Origin: an uncultured archaeon
Lineage (GTDB): Archaea > Asgardarchaeota > Lokiarchaeia > Sigyniarchaeales > SOKP01
Direction of reading: 5' to 3'
Assembly: GCA_964447495.1 (NCBI GenBank)
Contig: CAYUTF010000041.1
Location: 1 to 11,678, forward strand
Length of the DNA: 11,678 bases
Made by a program: the position numbers and the translations under genes
In this document: positions 7,415 through 11,678 of the stretch, one piece after another
Layout: each line of letters starts with the position of its first letter
Position numbering within the stretch: the stretch's first letter is position 1
The notes under the pieces: generated by a model
The model's database searches: none
Told to the model about the DNA's origin: nothing
What the model saw: the letters and a program-made list of their open reading frames with translations, nothing else

Positions 7415-10400
7415 TCAACTTTCTTTCAATTTTGTTAATGTCTCACAGATGATTGGGTCTTGTGACATCTCACATCTTACTTTTAATAGGGAGATTACTC
7501 TTTTTTTAATTTCTTCATCTTCATATTTTACTGTTCTCCCAAAAATTAGAGCAATTGATTGCTGAGTTTCTATTGATGTCTCATCACTAAGATTTTTTAA
7601 CAATTTTGAAAGAATTTTAGTAAGTCCTATTTTCTTAATGATTTTTACCATGACATTTACGGTAGATCTTCTTACTTCTTCAGAAATATCTCCAAGAAGT
7701 TTAATAATATAATCAAATAACTTAATTATATCGTCAAAACCATAGATTTCTAATAAACTAGCTGATCGTTCTCTCACTATAGGATCCTTGTTCGTGATAT
7801 TATTTAATAATTTTTCAATAGGGATTTCTGAAGATTTTAGGTCTTTTAATGAAGACAAAAGATTCATAGATGAACGCCGAACCCAACTGTTTTTATCATC
7901 AAGTAAGTTAACAAGTTTTTTTATAATTTGTTGTTTATTATCAATCAAATTTATAATCTTTCCGATACTTAATATGCTTGCTTCTCTTACATTCCATTCT
8001 TCGTCATTTAATGTTTTATTGATTAAAACACTACATACATCAGAAGGAGATTTATAACCAATATATCCCATTATTTTAACCGTCGTTTCTCTAATAAATG
8101 GATCATTATCAGAAAGCATTTCTAAAAAAGGATTTAATGGAATTACATCAGGGGTTTTCTCAGTTATGATCATTATAATTTTTATCAAAGTAATTTTGAG
8201 AAATGACTCTTGTTTACCCATGATATCTATAAGGTTATCAATTACTGCTATGAATGAATTTGGAGATATCTTAGCAATTTTAGACAATAACTGTAATATA
8301 TATTTCTTTACTTCATTATTACTTTCATTTTGAAACGCATTTAAAAGCAAATTTATATTTATTTCAGTTTTAGTAATATCAATCATGCCATCAAGAGAAT
8401 TTAAACTATTTAACTTAATAGTAACGTTTTCAGCATTTAATGAATTAATTAATCGTGTATAAATCTCATCAGGATGTTTTTTAGCTATCTTTATAATGGT
8501 TTTAGAGATAATCCCTTTTGAGATAAATTTTGAATCATCTTGAATCATTATTAAATTTTCAAAAACTAAATTTGGAGATTCATCATATTTTTCAATTAAT
8601 AAGTTTGAGACTGTTTCTCTTACTTCTCTGTTCTCAAATTTAATGAAAGTTAAAAATATTGAGAGTATTTTTTCAGCATTTCTTTCCCACAATGCACCAA
8701 GTAAGGTTAATATACTCTCAGTGATTTCAGGATTGTTCTTGTCTATTTTGTTTATGATAATATCAAGATTTAAATCTTTTGGATTCTCATCAAAGTATTT
8801 CTTAAGAACTAAAATTGATGCATCTCTTACCGATTTATCTTTATCATTTAAAGCATCAATAAAAGGCATAGCATTTATGGAATACTTCTTAAAATTGTCT
8901 ATATTAGAAAATATATTAAAAATTGAAGCTCTTACTGAACTAGATGGATCTTTCATAAAAGGAATTAACTGTTGTATCAGATTAGAATCAATACTTTTTG
9001 TATTAATACTAGCCAGATTATTAATTGCTTGAGCTCTTATTTGCATATTTGGGTGATTAATTTTCTTGAATAAGATATCTTTTGGAAATTCATATGGAGT
9101 ATCATATAAAGTACTTAGGATTTCCACTTGAATTTGATTGTCCGGATCATCTATTAAATTAAGAATTTCATCTGGTTGGATCAATTCTTTCTTTAGAAGT
9201 TTTATTTTTAATAGATATTTTAGTCCAGTAAATTTAAATCTCCATTCTGAATCTTTAATTAAATTAAAAATTTTTTCTCTCGGAATTTTATTTAATATTT
9301 CGTTATTTAAGTTTAATAAAATCTTAGAGATCTGTAGACTTTTTACATAATTAGGAGATTCTAATGCTTCTAATAACCATGGTAAGATTAAATTGGGGGA
9401 ATCTTGAGATAATTTATTTAAAATATGAAAACACACTTTTCTCATAGTTTGATTTGGGTCTGATAATCCATCTAATAGTATATTTTTGTATTTCCAATTA
9501 TCAAGATTTATTTCAGAGCGAATAGCAATTCTTTCAAACATTAAAACTAGAGTTTTTTCAGCAAATTCACTTATTTTAGAATTCTTATTCTTAACAAAGT
9601 TAAAGAGGGGGATTGGATCAAAAGTTTGACCACATTGAGTTATTTTTGAAACTTTTAGATTTTGTATAAAATCACTTTTTCTTGATACAAAGAAATAGAT
9701 TGTAAAAATTAACATGGTTATTTCTTCAATAACAGCAGCCCAAGATAATATGCGATAGTTAGGAATAATTTGATTTGTGAACGTCCAAAAATTAAAAACT
9801 TCAACTAACTTATCTGAGTTTACAATTAAGAAGTTCACAAGGACATTAATCCCAATCGATGCCATTAAATAAGCTGAAAAGTAAATATCTATCCCTCTAT
9901 ATTTTATTTTTCTGCCCCAGAACCGAGTAAAATATCCAATGACTCCAAAGAACAGAGTGACAAAGACAAATACAGAAGTCATAGTGGATATAGCCAGAGA
10001 CCCAGTGAAAAATAATCCAATAGTCTGAAATAAAGAAATCCAAGCCCAAACAAATACAAATAACATCATACCGAAAATTATATATGGACTAGGATTAGAG
10101 AGAAACTGCTTAATTCCTCTCTTGCTATCTTCAAAATTTAGAAAAGAATAGCGTTTAATTTCGGGGATGTGATAATATACGTTGGAAATCCCCGCAATAT
10201 ATCCTTTTGATCCAAAGAATGTTAAAATCGTAATTGGATAAACAAGGATCCATGAAATCCATATTACCATAAAGGGAATGTTAAGAAAGGAAATTAAAAA
10301 AGGGGGGATTAAAAATATCAGGTAAAGTATAATTGCCATTAAAATTGAAACGAATTTGTTTTTAGAGATATTAATAATTTTTTTGCTTAGGAATTTATGA

Positions 10401-10771
10401 AATATAGTTAATCCTTCACTTTCTCTTCCTCTAATAGCAATAAAAAGGAAATCCACTAAAGGATAAAATGAGAGATAGAGCATACATATGATAAATGGGA
10501 GGAGTAAGGCTATAGGATGGATTTCTGGAGGCTCTATAGATGGGTTTGTCCAAAATTCGGGGGTCTCAATCGTAAAAATAACTGCCATCGCTACAACTAC
10601 CATAATGGATAAACTAAAAATAATACCATATAAAATTGAGATAATTCTATCTTTGATGTTGAATTCTCCTTTTTTAACCAAACTAACTTGTTTATTTATT
10701 ATAAAAAACCCAAAAGCAGAGAAAATTATAAATAATACAAAAAGAATCAATTCGACTAACAATTGTTTCAC
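7415..10771 (-). CDS. Polytopic membrane protein (about 9 TM, residues 1-362) fused to a long HEAT-repeat alpha-solenoid; function unknown
   Basis: Nine hydrophobic stretches in the first ~362 aa, then about 20 repeats of roughly 36-40 aa with an LxDxxxxVR-type signature (MKDPSSSVRAS, LNDKDKSVRDAS, LSDNDPFIRETT, LNDEEWNVREAS, LDDKNSWVRRSS, ITNKDPIVRERS, LGDISEEVRRST). GTG start, with an in-frame TAA just upstream at 10778-10780. Confidence 0.88.
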   Translation of the reverse strand: MKQLLVELILFVLFIIFSAFGFFIINKQVSLVKKGEFNIKDRIISILYGIIFSLSIMVVVAMAVIFTIETPEFWTNPSIEPPEIHPIALLLPFIICMLYLSFYPLVDFLFIAIRGRESEGLTIFHKFLSKKIINISKNKFVSILMAIILYLIFLIPPFLISFLNIPFMVIWISWILVYPITILTFFGSKGYIAGISNVYYHIPEIKRYSFLNFEDSKRGIKQFLSNPSPYIIFGMMLFVFVWAWISLFQTIGLFFTGSLAISTMTSVFVFVTLFFGVIGYFTRFWGRKIKYRGIDIYFSAYLMASIGINVLVNFLIVNSDKLVEVFNFWTFTNQIIPNYRILSWAAVIEEITMLIFTIYFFVSRKSDFIQNLKVSKITQCGQTFDPIPLFNFVKNKNSKISEFAEKTLVLMFERIAIRSEINLDNWKYKNILLDGLSDPNQTMRKVCFHILNKLSQDSPNLILPWLLEALESPNYVKSLQISKILLNLNNEILNKIPREKIFNLIKDSEWRFKFTGLKYLLKIKLLKKELIQPDEILNLIDDPDNQIQVEILSTLYDTPYEFPKDILFKKINHPNMQIRAQAINNLASINTKSIDSNLIQQLIPFMKDPSSSVRASIFNIFSNIDNFKKYSINAMPFIDALNDKDKSVRDASILVLKKYFDENPKDLNLDIIINKIDKNNPEITESILTLLGALWERNAEKILSIFLTFIKFENREVRETVSNLLIEKYDESPNLVFENLIMIQDDSKFISKGIISKTIIKIAKKHPDEIYTRLINSLNAENVTIKLNSLNSLDGMIDITKTEININLLLNAFQNESNNEVKKYILQLLSKIAKISPNSFIAVIDNLIDIMGKQESFLKITLIKIIMIITEKTPDVIPLNPFLEMLSDNDPFIRETTVKIMGYIGYKSPSDVCSVLINKTLNDEEWNVREASILSIGKIINLIDNKQQIIKKLVNLLDDKNSWVRRSSMNLLSSLKDLKSSEIPIEKLLNNITNKDPIVRERSASLLEIYGFDDIIKLFDYIIKLLGDISEEVRRSTVNVMVKIIKKIGLTKILSKLLKNLSDETSIETQQSIALIFGRTVKYEDEEIKKRVISLLKVRCEMSQDPIICETLTKLKES

Positions 10772-10862
10772 AGAGAATTATTTTATGTTAAGTAATTAAT
10801 ATATTTTTATTTCGGTAATAATACATAGTTTTAGTATATAAATGTAATTTAATTTATTAAAT
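10772..10862. promoter_or_regulatory. Divergent promoter region, HEAT-membrane gene / gins23
   Basis: 91-bp gap. The minus strand has AAAAA-TATATTAA (10803-10796, -32 to -25 from GTG). The plus strand has TATATAAA (10835-10842, -28 to -21 from ATG). Neither gene has an SD, consistent with leaderless transcripts. Confidence 0.5.
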
Positions 10863-11435
10863 ATGGTGAGTTTGAATTTGGAAAGACTAGAAGAAAATTT
10901 CAGAGACTATTTATTAAGATTAAATTTCATTTTTAAAAATCAAAATGTCATAACAGAATGTGTCAATGATTATCCAGGAGTGTCAGTATTGGGAGAAAAT
11001 GTTGGACCTTTTGAAAAGGGAAAGCAATATAAATTAAAATATTTTATAGCGGTACCTTTTATTAATAGTAATGTTTTAAAAGTATCAGGGGGCGAAAAAT
11101 GTGATAATGTTGATGTTCAACGGTATGCGATTAATGAACGTGATGATCAAACACTAATGCGAAGGGACAATAAATATTTTTTAAACAAGATTAAAGAGTT
11201 CAGAAAATTTATGGAAAGAGAAGTCGAGGAAAAGGTAAGACCTAAAGTTGAATTAGATCGCTATAATTCATATAATGCAAACATTGTGGATAGTAGATTA
11301 CTAAAATTATTAAGATTAGCAAAAGCAGAATTATCTTTAAATGATGAGGAAAAGTTAACTAATTCAGAGAAAAAATTATATAATCATATGTTCAGTATAA
11401 TTAAAGTTTGGAGAAGTTTTTTTTTAAATACCTAA
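10863..11435 (+). CDS. gins23: GINS complex subunit, Gins23 (Psf2/Psf3-like, B-A domain order)
   Basis: 190 aa. An N-terminal beta-rich B-domain-like segment (NDYPGVSVLGENVGPFEKGKQYKLKYFIA) is followed by a helical A-domain with RLLKLLRLA...LTNSEKKLY...WR, as in archaeal Gins23. Proximity to mcm supports the call. Confidence 0.78.
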   Translation: MVSLNLERLEENFRDYLLRLNFIFKNQNVITECVNDYPGVSVLGENVGPFEKGKQYKLKYFIAVPFINSNVLKVSGGEKCDNVDVQRYAINERDDQTLMRRDNKYFLNKIKEFRKFMEREVEEKVRPKVELDRYNSYNANIVDSRLLKLLRLAKAELSLNDEEKLTNSEKKLYNHMFSIIKVWRSFFLNT

Positions 11436-11469
11436 TTTCTATTTAATAATATATATCAAAATGAATTTA

Positions 11470-11678
11470 TTATTTAGATTTGCTTAAGTTTATTTCTCTA
11501 ATTCCGTATTTTTTGTAGTAATTTTCAATTTGATGGGCAATTTCTGGTTGTGGGTTTAAAAGATTTAAGATTTCGGTTATACTACTCATTGAATGATATT
11601 TTAATCCCATTTCCATTAAAATATCTTCAAAATATGATCCATCCTCTCGAATCTCTTCCCTGTTAGTTAAAGCAATTA
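11470..11678 (-). CDS. pyrE: 3' end (68 aa) of a gene entering from the window edge, probably orotate phosphoribosyltransferase
   Basis: Absent from the ORF track. Reads IALTNREEIREDGSYFEDILMEMGLKYHSMSSITEILNLLNPQPEIAHQIENYYKKYGIREINLSKSK*, resembling PyrE C-termini (LDRQE...SI....L...Y...YG). Ends in tandem TAA TAA. The PRPP-binding motif lies outside the window. Confidence 0.5.
   Translation of the reverse strand, partial: IALTNREEIREDGSYFEDILMEMGLKYHSMSSITEILNLLNPQPEIAHQIENYYKKYGIREINLSKSK

Noticed and set aside
7394-7417. Selenocysteine readthrough of the TM-HEAT TGA stop
   Set aside because: Readthrough would add only a few residues (IYNSLC) before TAA, with no redox motif or evident SECIS.
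7788-10799. Plus-strand ORFs 7788-8057, 8643-9032, 9138-9350 and 10488-10799
   Set aside because: Antisense to the TM-HEAT gene, with the Ser/Phe/Leu/Ile-rich composition expected from the reverse strand of Lys/Glu/Asn-rich codons.
1-11678. CRISPR array, tRNA/rRNA, IS element or defence system
   Set aside because: No repeat-spacer periodicity, no GC-rich structured RNA segment, and no transposase or nuclease other than the intein endonuclease. All intergenic gaps are under 200 bp.

Overview
AT-rich archaeal window. The archaeal assignment rests on an MCM/Gins23 pair, a tungsten-pterin AOR, an AGGTGA ribosome-binding site, TATA-like promoters and oligo-T terminators. An Asgard/Lokiarchaeia-like origin is my inference from gene content and composition, not something I can prove. 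The left half is a redox/iron block: aldehyde:ferredoxin oxidoreductase, a VIT1/CCC1 transporter, and a convergent rubrerythrin whose conserved N-terminal helix can only be made from a non-canonical (probably ATT) start. The right half is a replication block. The MCM helicase carries a 524-aa Ser1 intein with a LAGLIDADG endonuclease and an extra XRE-like HTH. An unexplained 1118-aa protein (about 9 TM helices plus about 20 HEAT repeats) sits between mcm and a divergently transcribed gins23. The 3' end of a probable pyrE closes the window. The most intriguing element is the membrane-anchored alpha-solenoid gene between two CMG-helicase genes.
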